In this document: positions 24,516 through 34,198 of the stretch, piece by piece
Numbering within the stretch: the stretch's first letter is position 1
How the letters are laid out: every line of letters begins with the position of its first letter
NCBI GenBank assembly: GCA_944328405.1
Contig: CALVHP010000169.1
Coordinates: 1-45,863, forward strand
DNA: 45,863 nucleotides
Direction: 5' to 3'
Origin: an uncultured Clostridia bacterium
Lineage (GTDB): Bacteria > Bacillota > Clostridia > Christensenellales > Borkfalkiaceae
Notes under the pieces: model-generated
The model's input: only the letters and a program-made list of their open reading frames with translations
Databases searched by the model: none
Told to the model about the DNA's origin: nothing
Program-made: the position numbers and the translations under genes

Positions 24516-26987
24516 TTATACGATTTTCTGCACCAGGGTGCCGACGGGTTCGTAGCGGAAATAATCGACGGAATACATCGTTTCCAGATACTCCTGCTTC
24601 TCGTAATACTCTTCCGCCTGTACGAGAAACGCATAAACGCTGTCCGAAAACAGATACCGGCGATCCGCTTCCTCCTCTTCGGAAAGGACTTCCCACAGAT
24701 CATAGACGATGAAATCGCCTTCGACCCGCAGACAGCCTTCCGTCTCTTCCGCCCTATATTCGATAGCCGTTCCGCCGCGCAGAATCCGGGCGCTCCCGTC
24801 CGCACGGAGAAGGATCTGCCCGTCCGAAGACACCGCGCCGCCGCTGCCGTCGGCCTCGGCACGCACATACAGATCGCAGCCGTCCGTGTAGATCGTATCG
24901 TTGAACTGCCCCGATTCGCGACTGACAAAGACCGAGACGGGCTCGTCGAACACGCTAACGCCCTGGTACAGGCGCGTATTGTACGAAAAGCCGCACAGAT
25001 CGAGCAGGGTCGGCACGATGTCGAAACTGTTGCAGAACTTCGTGATCTTCGCGCCGCCGAGCGGAAACGATTCGTCGGTACGCGTGTGCCGCAGGTCGTA
25101 ATAGAAGGCGCCGCCGTACACCGAAGCGACGTTCGGATCGTCGTTGACGTATTCGACACCGTCGTACAGGTCGCTCTCTACGCTCAGATCCATGTACTTC
25201 CCCGACCAGAAAAAGAACGGGATGTTATAGATCATGGTATCCCACGTCGTCCCCTCGTCCACGCCTTTGAGCGCGTACTGCTGGCCCGAATAATAACCGT
25301 TGTGATCGGCATAAAAGACGAAGGTCGTGTTGCCGAGTTCGCCGCTCTCCTGCAGCTGCGCGATCAGGCGGTTGACGCCGACGTCGAGATCCATGATCGC
25401 CGCCTGGTAACGCTTGTAGCGCAGGTACGGCACGGTCAGCTCGCCGTCTTCTCCGCGCTCGGGCACGGCTATGGAAACGGTCCCTTCGATATTCTCTTCC
25501 GCTGCGGGATACCGGTCGATCCGTTCGTAATACACTTCCAGATCCTGCACCAAAGCCTTTTCGGAAAAAGCGTTCTTCTCTTCCTCGCTCATGTCCGCCG
25601 TGTAATCGCCGTGTTTGAGCAATTCGTCATACGAGCCGTGGCTGGTGATGGACATCAGCATCGTATAGAACGCCGTATCGCCGCCGTCGACGCGCGTAAA
25701 CTCGTCCATATACTGCGAGATAAATTCGCTGTCGCGGTCGAAATCGTAAAAGCCGTCTTTTTCGTAAAACCCTTTCAGCCGGTCCGACGTTTCCAGAAAG
25801 CGCGCGTGGTCAAACCCGTACAGCTCGCCGAAGGTAGACGAGCGGCCGTAAAATTCGCCCGAATTGGCATGGAAATAATTCGTCGTGTAGCCGTCTTCCT
25901 GCAACAGGTTGGGCAGCGTGAACGCAAAGTCGTGATCCATCAGCCCTTCTTTGCTGAACATGGAGGGCGTGATGCAGTTTTCGGTGCGGACGGGGTAGCT
26001 CCCGAGAACGGACATCGCTTCCGAATGGTTGGTCTTGTCGCGCGCATAATACTGCGTCATCGCGACGCCCTGATCCGCCAGCGCATAGAGCGTCGGCGTA
26101 TACAGGCTGTTGACGGCATACCATTCGCCGGATTCGATGACGACCAGGACCACGTTCTGCCCGTCCAGCACCCCCGTGGCGACGGCGCCGGCTCCCCCGT
26201 ATTGCGTCAGGTCGAGATCCTGCAGGTCGGTGCTGCTTTCCCCCTGCGCGAAATAATCGCGCAGCGCCTCCACGGCGGAAGCGGATTCTTCCGCATCCTC
26301 ATCGCCGGAAGCCTCGGAAAGGTCGGAGAAAAAGTTGACGACATTTTTATAATAAAACCCGAACGTGCCGAACCGGCGGTACGCCTTGGCCGAAATATAC
26401 TGCGAATCATAGAGATAGGAATCGTCTTTGTACAGAGCCAGCGAATCGTCTGCCGCAGCCTCCACAAATGAGCCGGACTGCACCGAATAGACGGCGATCG
26501 AAAGGCCGAACGAGAGGATAAAGACGGAAACCAGCGTCCAGGCGGTCTGCAGCGAGGCGCCGTTGGCGGACGCCTTTTTCCAGCGGACCAATGAACTTAG
26601 GAATGCCACCTCGGCCGCCACGAGCAGCAAAGCCAGGATCAGAAAGGGAAAGTTGACAAAGGTGGGGTCAAACGCGCCGGCCGCCTCTCCGGCCAAGCTG
26701 AGCATGCTCAGGCCGAAGATGTAGCCGCTCATGGTATAGAGCAGCTCGTTGGCGACCGCCAAAACGGCCTGCGCGGCGAGCAGAACGCCGACGACGACCG
26801 TCTGCGCGATAAAGCTCGGAAGAATAAAGACGATCGCCGCGAGCAGGAAGACCGCGGCAATATCCAGCCAGGCATAGGTCGGAAAGCTGCCCAGCCCGAT
26901 GACCTGAAAGGTAATAAATTCGAGCAAAAGGGCCAAGACGAAATAACTTCCGGCATAGACGCCCTTTTTGATCAATAAATCTCTCAT
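24516..26987 (-). CDS. LTA synthase / alkaline-phosphatase-superfamily membrane protein
   Basis: About 5 N-terminal TMs; NVVLVVIES, KTNHSE (Thr nucleophile), FHAN..FYGR, SITSHGSY, YADH, DIVPTLLDL. Confidence 0.85.
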   Translation of the reverse strand: MRDLLIKKGVYAGSYFVLALLLEFITFQVIGLGSFPTYAWLDIAAVFLLAAIVFILPSFIAQTVVVGVLLAAQAVLAVANELLYTMSGYIFGLSMLSLAGEAAGAFDPTFVNFPFLILALLLVAAEVAFLSSLVRWKKASANGASLQTAWTLVSVFILSFGLSIAVYSVQSGSFVEAAADDSLALYKDDSYLYDSQYISAKAYRRFGTFGFYYKNVVNFFSDLSEASGDEDAEESASAVEALRDYFAQGESSTDLQDLDLTQYGGAGAVATGVLDGQNVVLVVIESGEWYAVNSLYTPTLYALADQGVAMTQYYARDKTNHSEAMSVLGSYPVRTENCITPSMFSKEGLMDHDFAFTLPNLLQEDGYTTNYFHANSGEFYGRSSTFGELYGFDHARFLETSDRLKGFYEKDGFYDFDRDSEFISQYMDEFTRVDGGDTAFYTMLMSITSHGSYDELLKHGDYTADMSEEEKNAFSEKALVQDLEVYYERIDRYPAAEENIEGTVSIAVPERGEDGELTVPYLRYKRYQAAIMDLDVGVNRLIAQLQESGELGNTTFVFYADHNGYYSGQQYALKGVDEGTTWDTMIYNIPFFFWSGKYMDLSVESDLYDGVEYVNDDPNVASVYGGAFYYDLRHTRTDESFPLGGAKITKFCNSFDIVPTLLDLCGFSYNTRLYQGVSVFDEPVSVFVSRESGQFNDTIYTDGCDLYVRAEADGSGGAVSSDGQILLRADGSARILRGGTAIEYRAEETEGCLRVEGDFIVYDLWEVLSEEEEADRRYLFSDSVYAFLVQAEEYYEKQEYLETMYSVDYFRYEPVGTLVQKIV

Positions 26988-26997
26988 AAAATACCGG

Positions 26998-27017
26998 CTG
27001 CCCGCCGAAGCGGGCAG
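26998..27017 (-). promoter_or_regulatory. cUUCGg tetraloop hairpin just upstream of the LTA-synthase-like start
   Basis: Minus strand ctgcccgc-TTCG-gcgggcag, 10 nt before an ATG that lacks an SD; role (5' UTR element or terminator) unknown. Confidence 0.4.
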
Positions 27018-27108
27018 GCATTGTTTTGAACTCAGTATATACGACGCAAATCAACGAACGGTAAAAATTTCGTTAAAAAAGCGTGAATTTGCGGCGCAAC
27101 GGTCTGCC

Positions 27109-28458
27109 TCAGGCACCGGCGGAGGCTTTTTCGTCCTCCCGGAAAAATTCGCGGTAAATGGCCCGCACGCAGCGCTCATAATCGGCATTGTCGATGCCGA
27201 CGATGATATTGATCTCGCTCGAACCCTGGTCGATCATCCGGATGTTGATCCCCGCGCCGGAAAGCGCCTCGAACAGCCGCGCGGACGTACCGACGTTCGA
27301 CGCCATCCCGTGCCCGACGGTCGCCACGAGCGCGATGTTTTCCAGGACGCGCACATAGTCCGGATTCACGGCCGCGCGGATCTCGTCGATCAGGCGTTCC
27401 AGCACGCCGCCCGCGAGGTACCGGCTCTCGATCACGAGAGAGAGCGTGTCGATCCCCGAAGGCATATGCTCAAAGCCGATCCCCTCCTTTTCCAGAACGG
27501 AAAGGACCTTGCGGGCAAACCCGACCTCGGAGTTCATCATGGATTTTTCCAGATAGATGACGGTGAAATCCTTTTTCCCGGCGATGCCCGTCACGATGTT
27601 CTGCGTTTTGACGTAATGCACGGAGGGCAGGATCAGCGTGCCCGGATCTTCGGGCGCGAACGTGTTTTTGATGTTGATGGGAATGTTGCCTTTCCGCACC
27701 GGGAAAATAGAATCGGCGTGCAGAACGTTGGCTCCCATATACGAAAGCTCGCGCAGTTCCTTATACGAGATCTTTTCCATCTTGCGCGGCTTCTGCACGA
27801 TGCGCGGGTCACACGCCAGAAATCCGCTGACGTCCGTCCAGTTTTCGTACAGCTGCGCCCCCGTGCCGCGCGCGATGATGGCGCCGCTCACGTCGCTGCC
27901 GCCGCGCGAAAAGGTGCGGATTTCGCCCTCGGCGTCCGTTCCGTAAAACCCGGGAATGACGGCATGTTCGCATTTGGCGAGACGCGCCGCGATGACAGGG
28001 TACGAACGCGCTTCGTCAAACGCGCCGCGTTTGTCGAAAAAGATGAGCTCGCTCGCGTCGACAAACTCCCACCCGAGTTTTGCCGCGATCAGGCGCGCGT
28101 TGAGGTATTCGCCGCGCGACGCCGTGAAATCGGCGCTCTTCCGCCGCTCGATCTCGCGCTCGGTCTCGTCGAGGATCCCTTCGATATCAAAATTTTCCAG
28201 GCCCAGTTCCGCCACGATGGACGTAAAGCGTTTGCGGATCTTGGCAAACGCTTCCGCGCACGAACCCGCGCTTTCGCTCTCGCGGTAGCATGCATAGAGC
28301 ATGTCCGTGATCTTTTCGTCTGCGGAAAAGCGTTTCCCCGGAGCCGAAACGACGACAAACCTGCGCGCCGGATCTCCGCGCACGATGTCCGCGGCGCGCG
28401 CAATGTTGTTTCCGTCCGCCAGAGAGGACCCGCCGAACTTGCATACGGTCAAACTCAT
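27109..28458 (-). CDS. lysC: Aspartate kinase
   Basis: VCKFGGSSLAD, VVVSAPGKR, SRGEYL, TFSRGGSD, ENWTDVSG, ELSYMGA, two ACT domains. Confidence 0.94.
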   Translation of the reverse strand: MSLTVCKFGGSSLADGNNIARAADIVRGDPARRFVVVSAPGKRFSADEKITDMLYACYRESESAGSCAEAFAKIRKRFTSIVAELGLENFDIEGILDETEREIERRKSADFTASRGEYLNARLIAAKLGWEFVDASELIFFDKRGAFDEARSYPVIAARLAKCEHAVIPGFYGTDAEGEIRTFSRGGSDVSGAIIARGTGAQLYENWTDVSGFLACDPRIVQKPRKMEKISYKELRELSYMGANVLHADSIFPVRKGNIPINIKNTFAPEDPGTLILPSVHYVKTQNIVTGIAGKKDFTVIYLEKSMMNSEVGFARKVLSVLEKEGIGFEHMPSGIDTLSLVIESRYLAGGVLERLIDEIRAAVNPDYVRVLENIALVATVGHGMASNVGTSARLFEALSGAGINIRMIDQGSSEINIIVGIDNADYERCVRAIYREFFREDEKASAGA

Positions 28459-29666
28459 AACCGAATCTCCTTGCCTTCGAGGTAATATCTTTTCTCCTCG
28501 CTTTCCCCCATCGAAAACGTCTTGCGCGGCAGGCTCCCGCCCGTCTTTACCGCTTGGAACAAATCCGCCTTTTTCATTTTCGGCAGCGCGATGCCGACGT
28601 AATCCGCATGGCCGGCCGTCAGCTGTGCCAACGCGCCCTCGCCGTGTATGTAATCCACGCTGCCGCCGTATTCGGCAATGTACGACGCGATGTAGCGGTC
28701 GACGCCGTCCACCGCCGCGGGGACTTCTTCCGCCACCGCGAAATCCGTCCGGGCGCCGCGCACATACAGCCCCGCTTTTCCCGCTCCGCCGGGGCGCAAT
28801 CCCGCCGCGAACCGCTGCGGGTCGACCCCTTTGACAAGGCGGTGGATCGCCTCGAACCGGATCCCTTCGTCGTAGATGTTGACGGCCTCACAGAGGGCAA
28901 AGCGCGCCGGATGCGTTTTTTGCTCCTCCTGCGTAAGCCCCGCTTTGATCTTTTCCCAGGCCGCCTTCGCGGTCGCCAGCGAGTGGTTTCCGTCGCCGAC
29001 CATGAACAAAAGCCCGCCGGCGGCCAGTTTCTGAAACGCCGCCGCAACGGCGCCGTCGTCCGGGATGAATTTGCCGCGGATGTGCCCGCCGCCCATATTC
29101 AAATCAAAATCGTACAGCGTCTTCAGCGAGGCGTCCGCCTTATACGGCCCGAGCACGGTATCCTGCGGATCGTCGTACAGGAGCATGACGTGCGGAAATT
29201 CCAGCGACGCCGCTTCGCGGATCTTCAGCCGCGGCGGGATGCGCTCCAGAATGGTCGCCTCCGTCGCGCGGACGAGCGCGTCGCTCTTTTTTTCATACGA
29301 ATAGGCCTCCAGATCGACGGACAATACGATCCCCGTCCGCAGCGGCGAGGATTCCGTTTTCCGTTCGACGAGGATATAGCCCCGCGGCAGCTTGCGGAAC
29401 ATGCCGCCCGCGCGGTAACGCTCCATCGCTGCGGCGATCGCGCGGATGCGCTCCTCGCAGTCCGCTTTTTCCAGCCAGATCTCCGGCAGCATCAGCCGCA
29501 GAGTGGACGGCCGCTCCCCCACGAACGCGTCGAGCGCGTTCCAGTATTCCTCGTCGGACGTGTGCTGATCGCAGGCGATGACCGCCCAGGCCGTCATGTC
29601 TGTTCCCTCCGCGGGCAGCAGGATCTCGGGGGCGGCGACGCAGTTTTGTTCCTTGCTCGTTTCCAC
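28455..29666 (-). CDS. DUF1015 family protein
   Basis: WAVIACDQHTS, RATEAT..RIPPR, GDGNHSLATAK, LPRKTFSMG; GTG start with SD GGAGG. Confidence 0.85.
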   Translation of the reverse strand: METSKEQNCVAAPEILLPAEGTDMTAWAVIACDQHTSDEEYWNALDAFVGERPSTLRLMLPEIWLEKADCEERIRAIAAAMERYRAGGMFRKLPRGYILVERKTESSPLRTGIVLSVDLEAYSYEKKSDALVRATEATILERIPPRLKIREAASLEFPHVMLLYDDPQDTVLGPYKADASLKTLYDFDLNMGGGHIRGKFIPDDGAVAAAFQKLAAGGLLFMVGDGNHSLATAKAAWEKIKAGLTQEEQKTHPARFALCEAVNIYDEGIRFEAIHRLVKGVDPQRFAAGLRPGGAGKAGLYVRGARTDFAVAEEVPAAVDGVDRYIASYIAEYGGSVDYIHGEGALAQLTAGHADYVGIALPKMKKADLFQAVKTGGSLPRKTFSMGESEEKRYYLEGKEIRL

Positions 29667-29672
29667 GCGCGT

Positions 29673-29792
29673 TCAGCCTCCGAAATTGGTCACGACAAAG
29701 ACGACGACCGCCAGCGCAATGGCCAGCAGTTTGATGGGGACATTGTCGATGAATATCCCGGCGAGTTTGCGCCAGAAGCTCTTTTCTCTCAT
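29673..29792 (-). CDS. 39-aa single-TM microprotein resembling the CdaR (YbbR) N-terminal anchor only
   Basis: Not in the ORF track. SD GGGAGG; ATG overlaps the cdaA stop (ATGA); MREKSFWRKLAGIFIDNVPIKLLAIALAVVVFVVTNFGG*; its last codons hold the SD of DUF1015. Confidence 0.75.
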   Translation of the reverse strand: MREKSFWRKLAGIFIDNVPIKLLAIALAVVVFVVTNFGG

Positions 29793-30610
29793 AACCGTTT
29801 CCTCCCGTCCGCGGCGAGGTCCTTCCAATAATAGTCGTTCAGCGTGCGCCGCAAAAGATCATAATCCGCATAGCGCGAGATCTTGCCGCGCTGCGCCACC
29901 GTGATGATGCCCGTCTCTTCCGAAACGATCAGCGCGATCACGTTGGCCGTTTCGGTAATGCCGATGCCGGCGCGGTGCCGCGTGCCCAATTCTTTGGGGA
30001 TGTTGGCGTTCTGCGTCAGCGGCAGAAAACACCCCGCCGCCTGGATCTTATAGTTGTTGATGATCATGGCGCCGTCGTGCAGCGGCGCTTTGGGAAAGAA
30101 GATGCCTTCGATGAGCTGCGACGAGATCTTCGCGTCCAGCAGCACCCCGCTCTGCAGCACCTGCGACGGGATATTGTCGTTTGCCAGAATGATCAGCGCG
30201 CCGATGTTGTCTTTGGAAAGATTCTGCAGCGCCTTGATGATGTCCGTTACGTAGCGCTCGACTTCGTCGCGCGAGGCGGAGGCCTGGTGGCCCGTCTTTT
30301 CCGTCAGGTTGAACGAGCTGAGATTGAGAATGTCTCGCTTGACTTCGACGTTGAAAATGACCAGGACCACGCCGACGAATACGAGCGGGATTACGATAAA
30401 CAGCTCGGTCGAAATCTTTTCGTTGAAAATAAACACCACGCCGGACGCCACGACCAGCAGCGTAAAGATCGCGATCAGGCTGCGCACGTTGCTGTTTTTC
30501 AGGATCCGGAAAACGTAATAAAACGCCAGCGCAAACAAAACGATTTCAAGCGCGTCGACCAGATCGAACGCGACGAAAACGTTTTTCAGCTCCTGCAGGA
30601 ATTGGTTCAT
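29789..30610 (-). CDS. cdaA: Diadenylate cyclase CdaA (DacA)
   Basis: Three N-terminal TMs, IGALII, IFFPKAPLHDGAM, LGTRHRAGIG, VSEETG; start MNQFLQ after GGGGAG. Confidence 0.93.
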   Translation of the reverse strand: MNQFLQELKNVFVAFDLVDALEIVLFALAFYYVFRILKNSNVRSLIAIFTLLVVASGVVFIFNEKISTELFIVIPLVFVGVVLVIFNVEVKRDILNLSSFNLTEKTGHQASASRDEVERYVTDIIKALQNLSKDNIGALIILANDNIPSQVLQSGVLLDAKISSQLIEGIFFPKAPLHDGAMIINNYKIQAAGCFLPLTQNANIPKELGTRHRAGIGITETANVIALIVSEETGIITVAQRGKISRYADYDLLRRTLNDYYWKDLAADGRKRL

Positions 30611-30647
30611 TCTTTTTTCTCCCCGGTCCCTTGGCGGGACCTGCCTT

Positions 30648-31643
30648 TTACGCGCCCTGCGCCGCGCCGAAAAGCATCCGCGCATTGACGGCAAGCAGCG
30701 CGCCCTGCGGCGAAAGCCTGCCGCTCTTTACATCGTCGAGCGCACGCACGATGCGCATATACAGCTCTGCCACGCGCTTTCTGCCCAGCCCGTCCGCCTG
30801 CCTGCGGCTCATTTTCACCGCATACTCGCGCATACCGAGGAGCTGCGCCGTCTCCGCGTCCGTTTTGGAAAGCGACGCGATATCGAACAGATTCTTGAAA
30901 TAGAATCCGAGCGAATTGAGCACCGCCGTCTCGTCCATGCCCTTTTCCGAAAGTTCCCGCAAAACGGTCATGTACTTCCCCGCGTTGCCCTTGCCGATCG
31001 CGTCCGTCATTTCATAGATCTTGAAATCGGTATCGCGGTAAACGACTTCGTCGACGTCCCGCGCGGTCACTTCTCCGTTTTCCCCGGCGAAGGCGATGAG
31101 TTTTTCGGTCTCGCTCGCCACGCGCGACATGTCCGCCAGGCAATAGCGCAAAATACGCTCGCAGCTCTCCGTGTCGCAGCGGACGCCCGCGCGGCGGAAC
31201 CGCGTGAAGATCCAGCGCAAGACGGTCTCGTCGTCGGCTTTGGAACAGTCGACATACGTCACGTTGGGAGCTTTTTTCAGATCGAAGCCCTTGGCCTTGC
31301 CGCCGCCGTTGACGATCAGAAGCACGGTGCTCGGCTGCGGGTTGCGGAAATATTCCTGCAGATACGCTGCAAATTCCCGTTCGGACGGATGCAGGTCGGT
31401 GACCTTGACGATCCGCTTTTCGCTCAAAAACGGATACGCCTGCGCGGCGGCCGCCAGTTCGGACAGCGCGGCCCCTTTGAGCGTTTCGCCCCGGAAGGAA
31501 CAAAAATTGAGGGACGGCTCTTGCAGAAAACGCTCTTTGAGCATCTCTTCGCCGCGCTCCTTAAAATATTCTTCCTCCCCCTCGAACAGATAAATGGGAG
31601 CGGCGCCTTCTTCCAGGCTCTTTTTGAACAGGACGAATTTCAT
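30648..31643 (-). CDS. holA: DNA polymerase III delta subunit
   Basis: IYLFEGEEEYF, YPFLSEKRIVKV, ETEKL, LDDVKSG; comEC-holA synteny. Confidence 0.9.
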   Translation of the reverse strand: MKFVLFKKSLEEGAAPIYLFEGEEEYFKERGEEMLKERFLQEPSLNFCSFRGETLKGAALSELAAAAQAYPFLSEKRIVKVTDLHPSEREFAAYLQEYFRNPQPSTVLLIVNGGGKAKGFDLKKAPNVTYVDCSKADDETVLRWIFTRFRRAGVRCDTESCERILRYCLADMSRVASETEKLIAFAGENGEVTARDVDEVVYRDTDFKIYEMTDAIGKGNAGKYMTVLRELSEKGMDETAVLNSLGFYFKNLFDIASLSKTDAETAQLLGMREYAVKMSRRQADGLGRKRVAELYMRIVRALDDVKSGRLSPQGALLAVNARMLFGAAQGA

Positions 31644-31649
31644 GACCTT

Positions 31650-33827
31650 TTACCGGATCTCACTTACGGTGATTATATCATCTTTCCATACAATTTGCAA
31701 GTCGCCCGAATGATATACGCAGATTTTTCCCTCTGTTTTTTCGAAATAGATTTCCTGCACGGGCATACAAGCAGCCGAAAGCGCCTCTTCGTATGCCGCC
31801 GCGACCAGAAGATCGCAGTGCGGAAGCGGCTCGGCCGGGAGAGAGCCGCAGAGCAGGACGTCCGACCCCAGGCAGTTGAGATAGAGCGCCGTATCGCCGA
31901 TAAACAGCGCATCCGCGCCGCCGAAGGCAAAGGCGCCGCGCTCTTCGCAGACTTCAATCGTGCGGAAGGAATTGACGAACCCTCCGCCGCCGCGCACATA
32001 CAATTTTTGGACGTCGGCCGCGCGAAGCACGACGGGCACCGCCGCGTTGATCTGCGAATGATCCGCCAAAACGACGAGCGCTTCGAGTTCTTCGATCCCT
32101 TCCTGCAAAAACAGCCGTTCGAGATATTCCCCGTCGGGAACGCCCGTCAGCACCAGGCTCGTCTGTCCTTCTCCGTGCATCAAAACGACGTTCGATCCGT
32201 AATAGCCGTGCACGGTCATCACCGCCCTGCCCGCCGGCACATTTCGCAAAAGCATCGCCGCCGTGAAAACGAGGCAGAGCAGACAGCAGCCGACCGCTTT
32301 CGGCAGCATTTTCAGATTGACTTTGTCGGACAGAAAAAAGACGCCGCCGTACCAGAGAGCAACGGCCGCCCCGCCGAAGGAAAATCCGCAGATCAGAAGA
32401 ACGCCGAACTCCGCCGCCAGGACGGGCGCGACGGCGACGCGCAGCAAAAGCTGCGGCACAAACAGCAGGACGTTCGCCGCAAACGGAAGCAAGCAGGCCA
32501 AAAGCGCGGCGACGAACAGGACGGAATAGACCGCCCCGATCAGCGGGACAAATACGAGATTCAGCAGCAGGCTCAGCCCCGATACGTACCCGAAAGCATC
32601 GAGCAGGATCGGGAACGTTGCGGCCTGGGCGGAAAAGGAAACGCCCAACGCCGAAGCGAGTTTGCGCGGCAGGCGCGGGATCCTGCCGAGGAGCCGCGTC
32701 AGATGCCCGCCGAGGACGATGATCCCCGCCGCCGCGGCGACGGAGAGCTGAAACCCGACCGAATAGAGATTGACGGGGTTCAGCACCAGGACGACGAAAA
32801 AAGCGATCGAGACGGAAGTCAGGCGATCGTATGCCCACCCGAAAGCGTCGAAGAGCATCAGCACGCAGCACATGACGAGCGCGCGCACCGCCGAAGGCGT
32901 AAAATTGCAGACGCCCGCATAGAACACGAGCAGCGCGGCAATTGCCGGAAGGCGCACGAACCGGTGGGCGCGCAGCCGCCGCAAAAGAAAATTCGCCAGG
33001 CCGTACACGACGCCGACGTGCAGGCCGGACACCGCAAAGACATGCGCGATGCCGCCGTACCGGAAGTTTTGCAGAACTTCGTCTTCCATAAATCCGCTGT
33101 CGCCCGTCAGCAGCGCATAGGCGATCGACGCGGTCGAAGGATCCATGGACGAAAATACGCGGTCGCGGAACGCGGCGCGGACCGAACCGAACAGGTCGAA
33201 ACGGCTGTCGACCAAAAACAGATCTTCTGCCTGCACGCTCGCGCGGTACCGCGTCTTTTCGAGAATGGCCGAAGCGTTGACGCGGCCGTACGTCCAGACG
33301 TCGTTGGTGGTCAGCGCCGCGTCGAAGACGAGGCGGTCGCCTTCCGCAAAGCCGCTCCCGCCGAAGACGTAGACGGACATCTTTCCGCCCGGCGAGACAA
33401 TCCCCTCTTCGGCGTCCGCAAAGACGGACAGATCTCCCACGGTGAGGATCGTTCCGCTTTCCGACGCGCCGACGTTTTCGACCGTGCCGGTAACAGTATA
33501 TTCCCCATCGAGCACCGGCAGTGATTCAAAGGCGCCGACGCGCAGAGAAAACGAAAGCGCGCCCACGAGAAAGAGCGCGCAAAAAAGGGCGGAGTACAGC
33601 ACCACGCCGAACACCGCCTTCTTTTTGAAAATCCACAGGGCCGCCGCGGCCAGCAAAACGGGCACCCCGGCGAGGGCGAAATACAGCGCCGCAGTACCGA
33701 ACCGGCAGGCACAGAAGATCCCCAGCGCAAACGCGGCCGCAAACAGAAGCATGGGCCGGAAATTGACCACCCGGTCGCCTCGAAACAGAGCATGTTCTTT
33801 GGGTTGCGATGCGTTCGGCTTTTCCAT
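31650..33827 (-). CDS. comEC: ComEC/Rec2 competence protein with degenerate C-terminal MBL domain
   Basis: N-terminal TMs and OB-like region; competence domain GIAHVFAVSGLHV, PSAVRALVM, SVGFQLS, NLVFVPL; C-terminal domain lacks the metal-binding motifs. Confidence 0.88.
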   Translation of the reverse strand: MEKPNASQPKEHALFRGDRVVNFRPMLLFAAAFALGIFCACRFGTAALYFALAGVPVLLAAAALWIFKKKAVFGVVLYSALFCALFLVGALSFSLRVGAFESLPVLDGEYTVTGTVENVGASESGTILTVGDLSVFADAEEGIVSPGGKMSVYVFGGSGFAEGDRLVFDAALTTNDVWTYGRVNASAILEKTRYRASVQAEDLFLVDSRFDLFGSVRAAFRDRVFSSMDPSTASIAYALLTGDSGFMEDEVLQNFRYGGIAHVFAVSGLHVGVVYGLANFLLRRLRAHRFVRLPAIAALLVFYAGVCNFTPSAVRALVMCCVLMLFDAFGWAYDRLTSVSIAFFVVLVLNPVNLYSVGFQLSVAAAAGIIVLGGHLTRLLGRIPRLPRKLASALGVSFSAQAATFPILLDAFGYVSGLSLLLNLVFVPLIGAVYSVLFVAALLACLLPFAANVLLFVPQLLLRVAVAPVLAAEFGVLLICGFSFGGAAVALWYGGVFFLSDKVNLKMLPKAVGCCLLCLVFTAAMLLRNVPAGRAVMTVHGYYGSNVVLMHGEGQTSLVLTGVPDGEYLERLFLQEGIEELEALVVLADHSQINAAVPVVLRAADVQKLYVRGGGGFVNSFRTIEVCEERGAFAFGGADALFIGDTALYLNCLGSDVLLCGSLPAEPLPHCDLLVAAAYEEALSAACMPVQEIYFEKTEGKICVYHSGDLQIVWKDDIITVSEIR

Positions 33828-33857
33828 TCCCTCTTCTTCCGTATCGGTCCGCCGCCC

Positions 33858-34196
33858 TCAGACGACGATGTAAAGATAATACTCGCCGCCGAGCAGCACG
33901 GCGTCCGCAAAGGAGAGCGGCGCCTGCAGATCGTACCCCGCGACATCTTCCGCGCCCGCCAGCGCAAACAGTTCGCCGTAGGTGCAGCCGTACGGCACGC
34001 GGAAGGTACGGCCTTCGTGGAGCACGTTTTCTCCGAAGACGACCGCATTGAGCGTATCGTCGTACGCGGCGGCGGAACGCGTCTTTCCGCCCAGCCCCTC
34101 CGTGCGCGGCGGCGCGGGCGACGGCAAAAGCGCCGCCGCCGCGACGATCAGCACCAACGCGGCCGCGGCGACGGCCGCAAGCAGGCGCCCCTTCAT
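33858..34196 (-). CDS. 112-aa membrane-anchored protein, ComEA-like N-terminal (SLBB-like) part without HhH domain
   Basis: MKGRLLAAVAAAALVLIVAAAALL TM, linker, VVFGENV..GRTFRVPYGCTYGELFALAG pattern; occupies the comEA position before comEC; starts 2 nt after the helicase stop. Confidence 0.6.
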   Translation of the reverse strand: MKGRLLAAVAAAALVLIVAAAALLPSPAPPRTEGLGGKTRSAAAYDDTLNAVVFGENVLHEGRTFRVPYGCTYGELFALAGAEDVAGYDLQAPLSFADAVLLGGEYYLYIVV

Positions 34197-34198
34197 GC

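Noticed and set aside
21943-26471. 917-aa minus and 769-aa plus ORFs
   Set aside because: Antisense shadows of leuS and the LTA-synthase-like gene.
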